Assembly (NCBI GenBank): GCA_047495785.1
Contig: JBLDXI010000066.1
Location: 248,001-312,000, forward strand
Origin: Lepidodermella squamata
Lineage: Eukaryota > Animalia > Gastrotricha
Reading direction: 5' to 3'
DNA length: 64,000 nt
Part shown: positions 25,051 through 36,251 of the stretch, piece by piece
How positions within the stretch are numbered: position 1 is the stretch's first letter
Layout of the letters: each line of letters opens with the position of its first letter
Program-made: the position numbers and the translations under genes
Notes under the pieces: model-generated
The model's input: only the letters and a program-made list of their open reading frames with translations
What the model was told of the DNA's origin: nothing
Databases searched by the model: none

Positions 25051-25879
25051 TCATGTGCATTTGTCAATGGTCAAGCTGTAGAGGCTTATTGTTGAGTAAG
25101 ATATGGCGTTGTCGAAAGCGAATGATGAGCTCGCTGAGAGAGCAGAGCAACACTCCCGGAACGTCGCGTAAGCGTATTTAGCCGGCGTTATTGTCGGTGT
25201 CTAGAATGTTATATATTTTTTAAGAAATTCGTGTAAGAGAAACATAATGCATTGGCTTACAGGAAGAATCACTTGCACTTTGCCGGTTTCGCAAGTATTC
25301 GGGAAACGTACGCAGACACCTCTTTGGGCGGTCGTCGCGGTTGCGCAAACTTTGTAGGGCGCCGTCTCCCCGGTGCTAATGCAGGCAAGATTCGGGGTTG
25401 TTGTGCCTAGCACTTCATACATGACAGTATTTGCGAGTGTGTTGAACGAAGAGCAGCATTCGGCGAAAGAGTTGTACGAGGAAGCTGGCGAGACAGGCTG
25501 TAATTCCAAATTTTCAAGCATTTTTACGAAAATTATCCCTTAAATTCACCGCTCCACCACTGATGACGGTGCACAGCGAGTTGGGTATCGATAAGCAGTA
25601 GGTCGCTGTAACTTGCAAAACGTTGGTTTTCACTGAGCATACTGGAAAAGGGCCCTGTTAAAAGGTAAAAAGGTTTCTGTACTATTCTTCCAGAGAAAAA
25701 TCAGATTTCTTTACCGATGTCGCACACGTTCCGCCGGTACATGGAATAGTGGCACAACTCTGGCTAACTGGGCATGTAGTTCCAACGGTTGGGCACGGCG
25801 TCGGGGCGACAGTTACAGAAGCCGGGCAAGCCTCGGACGAAGCGATATAAAAAGCTACCAGTAGGAAGATGGGGAACAT
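25051..25879 (-). CDS. Secreted 18-Cys protein C (4 exons, about 218 aa)
   Basis: Exons 25879-25715, 25654-25550, 25497-25261, 25200-25051; phase 0 introns. MFPIFLLVAFYIASSEA-CPAS, contains PYKVCA..QRGVCVRFPNTC, ends IDKCT*. Confidence 0.85.
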
Positions 25880-26226
25880 TTTAGCTTGGACTGAGTTCAC
25901 TTTGTTTACAAACAATTTCAAACGAAAAATCATGGCATTGTCTGCTCTGTATTCAATTTAGGCGCCGATGTAGCCGATTCGCTATATGAAGCTGATGTTG
26001 GGCCAAATTTAACCTCCGATTTCCCCTCAGTGTACCTTTTACCATTTTCGGCGAAATTAATTGGGGAAATCTGGCTTAAACACAGTTATTTTCATGATTT
26101 TTTTAGGAGATCATGCGAATTTTTCCAGTATTTTCGACATTTTATCCAGTTCGGACATGAAACACTCAGTTCAAAACAAGCAAAGCTACACTAGGTCAAG
26201 TATTTGTTGTTATTTTTTTCGAGAAA

Positions 26227-27035
26227 ATGATTTATTTTCTTTTGCTCTCAAGTTCCCTAATCTGGATCAGTGAAGCGTGCCCGGCTAGTACGGATGCTTC
26301 AACACCGTGCCCAACTGTTGCGTCATGCCCATCCGGTCAAAGCTGCGGAACCCTTTCATGCTCATCGGGACAATACTGCCAGCTATCGGTTTGAAAATAT
26401 TCGATAGAAAAATATTTCAAGTTTTTATTTGATCAATTCAGAGCCAATTCACGCTGTGCAAGGTTACGACTTCCTTGTCTGTTTCGATCAATTTCTGCCT
26501 CAGCACACCTGGAGCAGCGTGTAGCACGATCAGTACCGCAACGGTAGGAGAAGACCTTAATCAACTCTATGCATCTATGAGAAAATTCCGCTTTTCAGAC
26601 ATCGGCCACCCCGGCGTTGACCTTCGATACCTTTGCCTTGTGTTGTGCTGCAACTTCAACAACGCCAGCTAACATTTTGTATGAGCTCGTCACTTCGGTG
26701 ACGGTTGGTTCACAGCTGATGTGCTACGCCGGCAGTGACGCTTCGCCTTACAAAGTCTGCGCTTCGGCCCCCACTTCGCAAAAAGGCCGCTGTGTTAGAT
26801 TTCCTTACACATGCGAGGATGGCTACGTCACGGCTACGTCAACGGTTTGTTGTCCTTCAACTCATGAAATTCGATTCATTTTCACGAATTTTCACAGACG
26901 CAAGCTGCAACCGCGTATACGTTCGCGTCATACTCCGCCTGCTGTGTTGGCATATCGAGCGCCCCCGCGAAAAATACGGGTAGCTCAACGAGTATCCTTG
27001 GCCAAATCGTCGAGGGATGCATCCAAACTGCATGA
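26227..27035 (+). CDS. Secreted 18-Cys protein D (4 exons, about 215 aa)
   Basis: Exons 26227-26388, 26442-26543, 26599-26844, 26898-27035; phase 0 introns. MIYFLLLSSSLIWISEA-CPAS, contains PYKVCA..QKGRCVRFPYTC, ends EGCIQTA*. Confidence 0.85.
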
Positions 27036-27473
27036 AAATATTACTTTTCAATTTTTGCTGTGCCACTCGATGTTAAATAAAATTAAACTTTTTGTTTGCC
27101 ACGCTTTTATAAATTGAAATTGAGTACATTATTGCGTTATTCAGCACCCGAGGATGAGTATATATAAATAAGAGTCAATTAATGCGGCTGGAAGACGTTG
27201 GCAATAATGCAATGCGCGCAACTCTCGTTACTAGAAACTCATCAACAACAACTACTATTTTGTATCAAGTTCCTAAATTACTCTCGCGCGACGTAAATAA
27301 CAGCATACGTGGAGTTTAACTCTAAAATGTATGCCTTGTGCCTGTGACTAACAATAGCCATAGGCCTACGTGGGTCCATAACAACTTCAGGCTTCATTGT
27401 TTTCTTTCGAGAGTACTTACTCAAGTCGAGTGTGGAGAGTACTTACGGTTAAAAGGATTGCTCATGTTCATCT

Positions 27474-27960
27474 TTAAATCTTGCAATTTAAACTCAATAA
27501 AGGAATGAATTTTAACCTAGTCAAATAGATTAAATGGTCGCAAAACCAAACCCTTATCCTGATCGGTGTTTTGTAGAATTCGAAAATGAATGTAACAGAA
27601 CAAAGCGATGCTACATAAAATGAAACAGCCCCGTCAATAATTCGAACCAGGCCGATATTGCCGTGGGGATAGCGCTGATAACGTCCCACTTTGACGTTAG
27701 GGTCAAAATACGACGCTGCTGCCACCCGCACAATTAATAGGATGTAAATCGCAGCTCCAATGCAAAGCCACGTAAAGCTCTGAACTAGCTTGCCGTTCAC
27801 ATTCAAAGACACATTCACATTCGGGACATTCCAAATCGCTGTCTGCTTAACACTCAATGTCAATGGGACAAAGCGCAGCACGGTCTGATGCATCCAGTTG
27901 CATCATGAATAGGAATAGCTGCACATAGGAAGAATTAGTGAATCTAACACTACATGCCAA
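27474..27960 (-). pseudogene. Degenerate fragment (M1-M4 region) of the Cys-loop channel family found at 45.8-64 kb
   Basis: The minus strand gives QLFLFMMQLDASDRAA, then after a frameshift GKLVQSFTWLCIGAAIYILLIVRVAAASYFDP..GNIGLVRIID. This matches NIFLFLMPPDAPDRAA and GKLVQSLTWFCIAATMYNLLILWLAASFFDP..GHVGLVRVID of the intact genes. The 5' boundary is approximate. Confidence 0.75.
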
Positions 27961-28511
27961 CTCGTAAATTGTTCGGGATTTTTGTCATTCGCAAAATGAA
28001 CTGTAAAAACACCGCACACTGGAAAATTAGACATCGTAGACATTTCGGCTCTTGTTTGACATATTTCATGTTGATGAGTTATGTCGTAGGCGAACTGCTC
28101 AACTTTGCTTTCAACTTTTTTAGGAGAACGAGCTAGATAGGCAGCGTGTTCCGCTCAAGTATGGTCGTAGGAGAATACGCTATTCAGAGGATACGCCCGC
28201 GATCAACGTAAAACTCGCGATGAAACGTGACCCGGCGGATACAGTCACATCGTGGCAATTAGAATATCGAATGTGGGATGGGATGTGATAAAATGGCAAA
28301 TGCCGTGAAAAGGATGGCTATCTCGCTCTCAATGGCGAAAAACTCGGACTCCTAAATCGCCGTTCTCACGAGTCAGGTTTCCTGCCTACATAAAGCTCGG
28401 ACAACATCGAAAACATTCGAATTTCAGGAGAGTCTTTATATAAAATGGATTCATGCCGGTGCCGAACTTCAGCCGAGCAGATTCATTTGAGAAAAACAGT
28501 TTACCAATAAA

Positions 28512-29774
28512 ATGAACAGTACAGCGTATGAAGCTGAATCGTTTGTTATGAATGATTGGCTAATTGCTGACATACCTAGCCGCGGATTCAATGCAGCAAA
28601 GCCCTACTTTCTCGGACAACATCACGACTTGAGTGCTACGAGCCTAACTGATCGGCTACCATTTGCAATCAGCCTTGTGATCATTGCAATCCTGACTGTT
28701 GCAGCTAGCTCGGCTAATTTGGCTTCTTACAGAAAACGCGGGGTTGGGCGAGACTACTTTCTGCTGAACGTGATCATCGCACTCTGCAACGTAGTGAGCC
28801 TCGTAATATATCCAGGCATGCTTTTGATCATTTTGCCGACCGGATTCTGGCCGCAAGGCTATGATGAACTCTGCTCCATGTCGCAGATGATTTCCAGCGG
28901 CTCTGGCTTGTTCGCTTACTTCAACATGCTGCTGGTCAGCTACGAACGCCGGCTGTGCGTCACTTCCAGCAGCCCTACGTCGAATTCTCACACAAAACGG
29001 GTAAGACTTGAAATGTTAACGCCCCTGGCAGTGACTTTCTCTATTTAGGTGTGCATTCTCGTCTCTGGTCTTTTCTGCTATGTCTAGCTTTGATAGGCTC
29101 CGTGACAATCTACCCATATACCAGCTTCAGTGCACAATTAGTAACGGTTCCAAGTTTAAATAACGGCACCCCTGTCGTTTTCTGCGCATTTTTTGGCGAG
29201 AAATTGACGGAAAATTTGGATACGACAGTCATTTTGCTGGGCTATATGTTAATTTGCCATTTTGTGGTTGTTACAGGGCTTTTCTACAATTATTGGTAAG
29301 ATTAATAAGATACGACAATCGCAGGCTTTTCCAACAATTTTTTCAAGGTTGATTTTCTCGAAATTACGGGCCGCGGGTAAAGTCTTCAGCAAAAACGTAT
29401 GTACAGGAAATTCGACCCCATCATCAAAAATGAGCATTCAAGCTGAAAGCTGGAGGAGACGTGAAATGTTCTTCGTCAAACAGTCAGTAGTATCCTTCCT
29501 CATTCTGATGGCGCTCAATGTTCCCTTTTCGATCGGTGTATTTCTTTGTGTTTTATGGTCAGGCCCTGGACTTTACCTGCTAACTGGCCGGGGCCATCGT
29601 TTATGTGTCCTTCTCTACCTGAGCCAGATGTTTATTTCACCGATGATTCTCAGCTTGCGACCTGGATTTGCTGATGATGTGATGGCACGGATGAGAAGAT
29701 TTGGGTTCAAACGCAAACGCATTTTACCTGTTACTTGGTCTCGAAGTTCAAAAAGGGCAACAGAACTGATGTGA
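28512..29774 (+). CDS. Divergent rhodopsin-like (class A) GPCR, 3 exons, with an apparent frameshift at about 29064 (pseudogene or sequence error)
   Basis: Seven hydrophobic segments, a Cys at the top of TM3 (DELC), a DRY-equivalent SYERR, a Cys in ECL2, TM6 LNVPF and TM7 ISPMI. Exons 28512-29000, 29049-29295, 29348-29774. The second intron splices in frame, but the first only gives TM4 (VCILVWSFLL) if two bases of CTCGTCTCTGG are removed. Confidence 0.7.
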
Positions 29775-29986
29775 TACCGGAATGATTAGAATCATGATTA
29801 TCACCTTGCTGGATTTCCTGTGCTGACAGGAGGAGAGGGGAGCCAGTGTGAAAGAAATGTTGTGTACGAAATAATTGATTCATGTCATGCTTTTACTACT
29901 TTTACTGTTTGTGGACCAAAACTGAAATAAAAGCAGTCAAGCTCTTTTCCCAATCCTGATTTTCAATCGGTGAATATTGACTAAAA

Positions 29987-32386
29987 CTAGCTATAGCTCG
30001 GTTTGATGGTACTTTGATCTATGGACCCGCGGCCATGTGGCACCAATTTGACCTTTCCGTATCCTAATATTGAGAGTATTTCCTCAATCGTACGCAGCTG
30101 CAAACAGAAGGTCATGGAAATCGACGTTCCGAGCGTGAATGCTGATAGCGTCCCAAATAGAACATTCGGCGAAAGATCCAACACTGCGTAAGAAAACGCG
30201 CAGAGAAGTAGAAAAGAAGACGTAATGTAGAGAGCTACCGAAGTATTCCTAATTTCCTCATTATTTCTGCAATCGGCAATCAGATCAGCCGAAAAAGCTG
30301 ATGAACTGACTCGCGGTCGAAAACCATAGGACCCAGCCCGAGTTCGAAACTGAGTGTTGAAATTTCGTCCACCTGTCGATACCAACCGGCCACGTTTTCG
30401 ATTCGAGCTAATCGCCATACTTAGAGCAGCGACTAGAATAAAGCCTTGAAATCCAAGAAGAACTTTAGGACTAACATCTTCACTGTTGAAAGAGCACAGA
30501 AAAACATGTTCTGTCCATAATGTATCTATTTCTGCTTCGTAGACACTTTTTGTAGAAATATACGCATTCGGCTTAGATTCTCCTGTGTACCAAATTAGGA
30601 CTAACATAACATCAAAAAGAACTGCAGCAGCTATACCCTTGAAATATATTTTCGTTTTCAATCCCTCTCCACTATGGCGTAACATCGATAGTTTGGCACC
30701 AATCGCGGCTGTTGTTAGACCAAATCCGATAACGACGAGAGGTCCTACAGCCGAGCAAAACAGACCAAGACTAGGTAGATTGGTACTATCGATTGGGTGA
30801 AAGAGCGCGGCCGATGCCAGTAAGGTGGAGCCGAGACAAATGAGAAAATCGAATGCGCTATTCGTTTTATGGATATGGCCAACCATTTGTAGCAACCATT
30901 TCAATGTGACAGTTAGTACTATTACTGCTATTACACAGATGACAGTGACTCTTTTAACTACAATCTCTCTATAGGCTGAGAGTGGCTCGGTTCTGAATGT
31001 ACCCCTTTGCCATCGAAGTGGAGAGATTTTCTCGAAATACTTGACAGGATCTGAAATGCTGCGATTTCTCGCGATCAAAACCGTATTTCGAGCTCCGCGA
31101 TACAGCTGCTCAGCAGTGATAGGTGGGTTTATCGATTCGTCCTCCCCGGGCAGAAACGCAGCTTTTCCGAACAGACCAGTTGCTACGACATTCATAGACT
31201 TATTGCGGATAAGTTCGGTCAAGTCTACTCTTCTCTTCTCATCACGAATTAGGTCTTTCAAAGTCTCATTTCTCATGTTCAGCTCGAGCTCAGTGTTATG
31301 GAGGATTCTAGCCCCGATAATTACGTCATCAAAACACATGATTCGCCAGGAAAAAGCGGGATGCATCTCATAATTCGGGATTTTCTTAGCTAGGTAATCA
31401 TCCAATTGCTTGAGGGATATGCCTATCTCAGATTTGAAGCTCTTAGACTGTGAGTTCGCGAGATAATCAGGCCCGATATACAGCGAGTATTCAGCGAATT
31501 CCTGGATCATCTTCTGACTGCAGCCATTAGGGAGAATCCCATTAAGGAGGTTGATCCATGAGTTGAAGATCCATACGACATTTGGCCCCCATAATCCTTG
31601 TTTATAGGCTTCACAGGCCAAAGCTGGGCAGAAGTTCACGTAGCAGTTAGAGTAGATAACTCTAACATCTGCTGATTTCAGCCTAGCCAAAGACTCAGCC
31701 ATACCAGTTTCGTCGATGTAGAACTCCTCGGCGGCAACTTTCTTCCCAGCTCCGAGAATTGCCTTGGCGAAGTAGATGGCATCGTCATACGTGGTTTGAA
31801 CAGCATCAGCCAGGTAACCCATGCGGTTCCAGCCGAGGTAGATCATCATTTTAGCTCGAAATTTCTCGACCTCGACGAAGCTGGGGGCGAATCGGTAGAA
31901 ATTCGGGTACAACTTTCGATTCGTAAATTGAGGCTCCGTGCATCCGACCAAAACATTGATGAATCCGTAGTGCTGCGGCAATCTGGCTGCTGTTTTGCAG
32001 GTAGGTGAGCAAAGACCACCCAGCATTAGGGGTGGAACATAAGCCTCTTCATTGCAAACTCCCCGAAGTGGCAATGTTAGATTGCCGTAAACTCGCGAGC
32101 TTTGAACGACAGGTTCGAGATTTTCGTAGAATTTCAGAGCAGTTTCCTGAGCTGCTGTAGCTAGGCATTGATCATCGCCCATATCGATTTGCAGGTTGTA
32201 GTCGGGTAAGATATCCGAATTCGAATTGATCGACTCCAGAGCCATGCTAACGGCCTCGGTGCACATCGGACCCATAGGATTGACGGGGCCACCAATCGGA
32301 GCACTCATCGGTACTTTCAAGGTGAAAGGCTTCGATGCGAAAGATAACACTGGAAAAGCTAACAATACAGCTGATATTTGGAACAT
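29987..32386 (-). CDS. Intronless class C GPCR, GABA-B-receptor-like (Venus flytrap domain plus 7TM), about 799 aa
   Basis: ATG at 32386 starts signal peptide MFQISAVLLAFPVLSFA. VFT motifs AVSMALESINSNSDILPDYNL..DDQC, GGLCSPTC, FTNRKLYPNFYRFAPS, LGWNRMG, CEAYKQGLWGPNVVWI. No cysteine-rich domain. TM3 C...GFGL....AK and TM4 D..L..W are GABA-B-like. Confidence 0.85.
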   Translation of the reverse strand: MFQISAVLLAFPVLSFASKPFTLKVPMSAPIGGPVNPMGPMCTEAVSMALESINSNSDILPDYNLQIDMGDDQCLATAAQETALKFYENLEPVVQSSRVYGNLTLPLRGVCNEEAYVPPLMLGGLCSPTCKTAARLPQHYGFINVLVGCTEPQFTNRKLYPNFYRFAPSFVEVEKFRAKMMIYLGWNRMGYLADAVQTTYDDAIYFAKAILGAGKKVAAEEFYIDETGMAESLARLKSADVRVIYSNCYVNFCPALACEAYKQGLWGPNVVWIFNSWINLLNGILPNGCSQKMIQEFAEYSLYIGPDYLANSQSKSFKSEIGISLKQLDDYLAKKIPNYEMHPAFSWRIMCFDDVIIGARILHNTELELNMRNETLKDLIRDEKRRVDLTELIRNKSMNVVATGLFGKAAFLPGEDESINPPITAEQLYRGARNTVLIARNRSISDPVKYFEKISPLRWQRGTFRTEPLSAYREIVVKRVTVICVIAVIVLTVTLKWLLQMVGHIHKTNSAFDFLICLGSTLLASAALFHPIDSTNLPSLGLFCSAVGPLVVIGFGLTTAAIGAKLSMLRHSGEGLKTKIYFKGIAAAVLFDVMLVLIWYTGESKPNAYISTKSVYEAEIDTLWTEHVFLCSFNSEDVSPKVLLGFQGFILVAALSMAISSNRKRGRLVSTGGRNFNTQFRTRAGSYGFRPRVSSSAFSADLIADCRNNEEIRNTSVALYITSSFLLLCAFSYAVLDLSPNVLFGTLSAFTLGTSISMTFCLQLRTIEEILSILGYGKVKLVPHGRGSIDQSTIKPSYS

Positions 32387-32850
32387 ATTCAAGATTGTCT
32401 TGAATTCTGAAGAATTAAGGGTTTATAAAGGACGATTCCGGACGTACTGTTTTTAAATTCGATATCATGCTGCGAGTCTAATGAGCCCATTGCACATCTA
32501 AAATAATGTCTCCATAATGTCTTGTTTTCGAAAAGTCACGTTTGCTGTTCGCACCAAAAACACGTGCGTCTGGGATTGTTCCAATGATGTGAGCATTAGG
32601 CTCACTGACGGCGAACAAATCAAGAACTTTGAGTACGTACCAGCAAGTAAACAAGTGGGTTGATTAGCCTTAAAAACAGACGTCATATTGGAGGTACTAT
32701 CGGCTACAACTGTATAATTAGATCTTATTTTCTTGAAGAGAGACGAACCCAATCTATCCTAACTCGTAGCAGCTCAAATAACACGCGAGCTAATTTACAA
32801 TCAAAAAAGTTCTGGAATAGGACAGTTTTTATTTTTTTTATAAGAAATGT

Positions 32851-33941
32851 CTAGTTATTAAGGAGGAGGTCTCGTCCAGGTCCATTTCGCCCGCACGGAT
32901 CTCTGACCAGTCGAAATTCATCGGGAGTCGGAAACATGAACGTCAACCTTTTCGGATAGACTTTTTTAGTATATTTCCATAATTATAGGAATGCAAGTCA
33001 ACCAAACCTTTCTGCTATCACGTTGGCCCATTGAGGATAATCTCTTGCCACGTCTAGCATGTTGTCGTTTGATACGATTATTCCGCCCTTATCAAACGCG
33101 TATTCCACAGTGAACAGGTCGTCGTACGGTCGCTTTATGCTTCCATCTGGAACTCTTTTGACTGGAATTTTGATAAGCAGCCCTTCATTGCTTAGCTCAT
33201 GTAGAATATGTTGACCAGCAATGGGTTTACGATGGCGGCGTGATGATGGGTCGCAATCCAGTTTTTCCTCGCTGATTACAGCTTTCACTTGGGTATGACC
33301 CTGACTTTGGAAATAGCGAATAGCTAGTTCCAAACCCCGGCAGGAATAGACTCTGTGATCCCCATGATACATACAGACATTATTAGCGTCGATGATAATC
33401 AATCTGATGTTTACAATAAGTTTCAAGACTCAAAATCAGGGGTAGGAAACCTGTTATTTGATGGTGAGGTTGGTTTCGTCAAGAGCTTTGCAGCAAGCTC
33501 ATCCAAGGCTATGCAGGCCTTATTCACGCGATCTGAACCATATCCTTTGATCGCGAAAACTGGTTCTGCTGTTGCATTAATTGGCCGGTCTATCGTTACG
33601 CCCCATTTGCTTTCGATCACAGCTAACTCCGAATTGTTCGAAGGATCAATAAGAGGACCAACAGCGGATTGAGGAACATTGAAGTTCACGGAATGAAATG
33701 GTTGCCTTCGCTCAAGGGTCTTACATTCTTCGTCCGATGAGAAGAATTGCTCCAATAGTTGAATAGCAACTCCCACTTGCATTTCGAGCCCTTCTACTCG
33801 CAGGACGATTTTTTCGGGCTCGAGGATTCGCTTGATCGAAGCGCCAGCTTGGCGTGAAATATTTGCGATGCGTTTGTTATGGTGGCCTATGTACAAATTA
33901 TTAGGCACCAGCACATCTGCTTGCACTATATTAGCAGTCAT
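32851..33941 (-). CDS. KH-like x2 plus Zc3h12a/Regnase-type NYN (PIN) ribonuclease (KHNYN/N4BP1-like), about 327 aa alone, or the 3' part of a fusion with the upstream GTPase
   Basis: Exons 33941 (or 33954)-33451, 33403-33008, 32947-32851; the last acceptor is weak but restores the frame. NYN motifs IIIDANNVCMYHG, AIRYFQSQGH, YDDLF, GGIIVSNDNMLD, DPCGRNGP, with the catalytic Asp positions present. Two KH-like units (VPNNLYIGHHNKRIANISRQAGASI and VPQSAVGPLIDPSNNSELAVIESKWGVTI) have degenerate GxxG loops. Confidence 0.8.
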
Positions 33942-34021
33942 AATAGAAAATAATCTATCTAAAAATAAACAAAAAAGTTGTCACTCGAACAGACTATAAT
34001 TTGATTCGCAAGCATCTACGT

Positions 34022-35984
34022 TCACTTGTCATGGGATCTTTGATAAATTCTAGTTCCACTCAGTCTAGGAGGATGTGTTGGCCGATCACTGGTACGTTTC
34101 AGGCGGGTAGTCGAGGAGTTTTCTGAGGTTCGAGAACCTAAAGCCGCTTGCAAGAATCGTTTCACCTCCCCACTCGATTTTGTCCAACTTCTACTGCAAG
34201 ACTCTAGCTCATCTTCGTCATCTAAAGGTAAATTGTTTTCCTTAGCAGCCAACAATCGGATCGCTTCGTTGTCGAAGCAGAAAATGTTGTCGATTGAGAG
34301 GGTAATGTCGCAGCGATCTGAACTCAACTGACTTCGAAGGGTTGCCAAGCTATCGCCGGGTTTGTATCCCGTGCTTCGGCAGTGAGTGAAGCCAAAGTAA
34401 ATCGAAGCTTTTCCTCGGTCATTGGCGATTCTTTTCACCTGGTCGATGCAGCGTGTGAAAAGAGGTGTTGCTCGAGCCTCGTTTGTTTTTAGAAGAAATA
34501 GAACAGTCAGATGCCTACGTTCATGCGATATTGCGTCCAATATCGAGTCGAAAGTTTCCTTCCGGAAACCAATGCTAGAAGGATCGCCCAAACCTGGGGT
34601 ATCAATGAAGTCAGTCTCGCCTAAAGAACCATCAATGCGATATTTCTGAATTGTTCGCGTAATTCCATCATCGTTGCACCCTCCTACTCGGATGTCAATC
34701 GTCTTCGAGAAATCGGAAGTGACGATCTCGTGTTTGCTAGGAGCATGCCATAAATTTTCGCCAGACTGCAGAGCCTCATCGAAAGACTTGAATCGCTCGT
34801 AGTTAGCTACTGCGTTAATGAAAGTTGTCTTGCCAACACCTCCCTCGCCAATAATCAAAATAACTGGGCCCTGCGTTGACTTTGAATCTGGATGGTGAGG
34901 CTTTCTTTCGAGACGGGTCGTTTGATGTCCTTTGTGCTCGCCAGCTGTGGGATTCTGAGAATCGTCCGATCTCTTCTGAGAATCGGCCGAACTACAAGGC
35001 TCGTCAAGTTTCTTTTTAGAAGGATCCTCCGTTTTTATGCGGCTGGTTTCAGAATTGACTTTGAGGTTTTCAGGTTTGACAGATGTCGGCTGCTTGATCG
35101 AAAACACGCTTTTCAATTCGATCCCTTTAACATTCGGGGAATCCTCCAATTTCTTCCCAGGTTGAACTAACGTACAACGAGGCTCTTCAACTAATCTCTC
35201 TTTCGAAAGATCCTCAATTTTTCTTTGATGACTGCTTCCTGAGTTGACTTCGTTTCCAAGTTGGACAGGTTTTGGCTGCTTGCTCGAAACCACGGTTTTC
35301 AATTCTATTTCTTCAAGACCAATAGCTGCCATGCTGAAGTTGTCGAAACTGTCGCATTTCGCTCCGAAGAAATCTTCAGGCGGCGAGTTGATGTCTAAAA
35401 ATCAGAATTGTTAAGCGAGTTTCATTCAATGATTCGTATCCTTACAGAAAACAAACATTTCCAACTTATCGATGCCACTTATTAATTCTTTAAACTTGGA
35501 TGGTTTACTACCAGAACCCTCATCGCCTCCGTCCGAGAAAATAATTATCATTTTTCGGTAACAATCGAGTCTGGATAACACATGCAGTTAATAAGAATCA
35601 CAAAGGGACTAGGACTCACTTGATCATAGCTGATGCAGCAAATTTCACAGCATCTCGCATCAGCCTTGGGATGACGCCCCTTTTCGGTCTCATCGCTTCG
35701 AAACCAGCAGCATGCCTCGACAGAACTAGCGCATCAGGTTTCGAGAGCGATGATACTTGCACCAGGGATTGGCGCGAATCTAGTGTTTGTCCAAAAACGG
35801 TGAAGCTGATGAAATCATTTGAACTTAAAACGACATGAATAATGAAAAAAAATATTCAATTATTCACTAGCATTTACCTCAGTTGAGCAGCGATTCGATC
35901 AATAATTTGCTTCACGCCTGCGTCGAGACAAGCTATGTGGCTGCACAAGATGCCATATGCCTTTGATTCGGGTTTATCGGCCAT
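34022..35984 (-). CDS. VWA-like domain, linker and septin/AIG1-like P-loop GTPase (about 602 aa alone, about 933 aa if spliced to KH-NYN)
   Basis: Exons 35984-35878, 35823-35620, 35570-35446, 35394-34022 (or donor after 34026); in frame. VWA-like elements LSSNDFISFTVFG, RLMRDAV, MIIIFSDGGDEGS, with no DxSxS. GTPase G1 GEGGVGKT, G3 DTPG, G4-like FTHCR, plus FCFDNEAIR and SWTKS. Confidence 0.75.
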
Positions 35985-36251
35985 TTGAACGTTGCTAAGC
36001 TCGAATACAAGTCAAGCTAATAAATGCTAAAAAGGAATTATTGCAAATTCAGAAATTCTCAGGCTATTTTTCACTCTTAATCCTAAAATTACAACAATTT
36101 CGTAGCTCAGCTACATTTATCAATGGAATTATTTCCATGTCATCAGCAACTGATAGACTAACGCAATCACAACTATATCAATCACCTACGCATATGGCAC
36201 TAGCCCTTAAACTGTTATCTAATCTTATCCAAAGTCACTCGGATTCCATAA

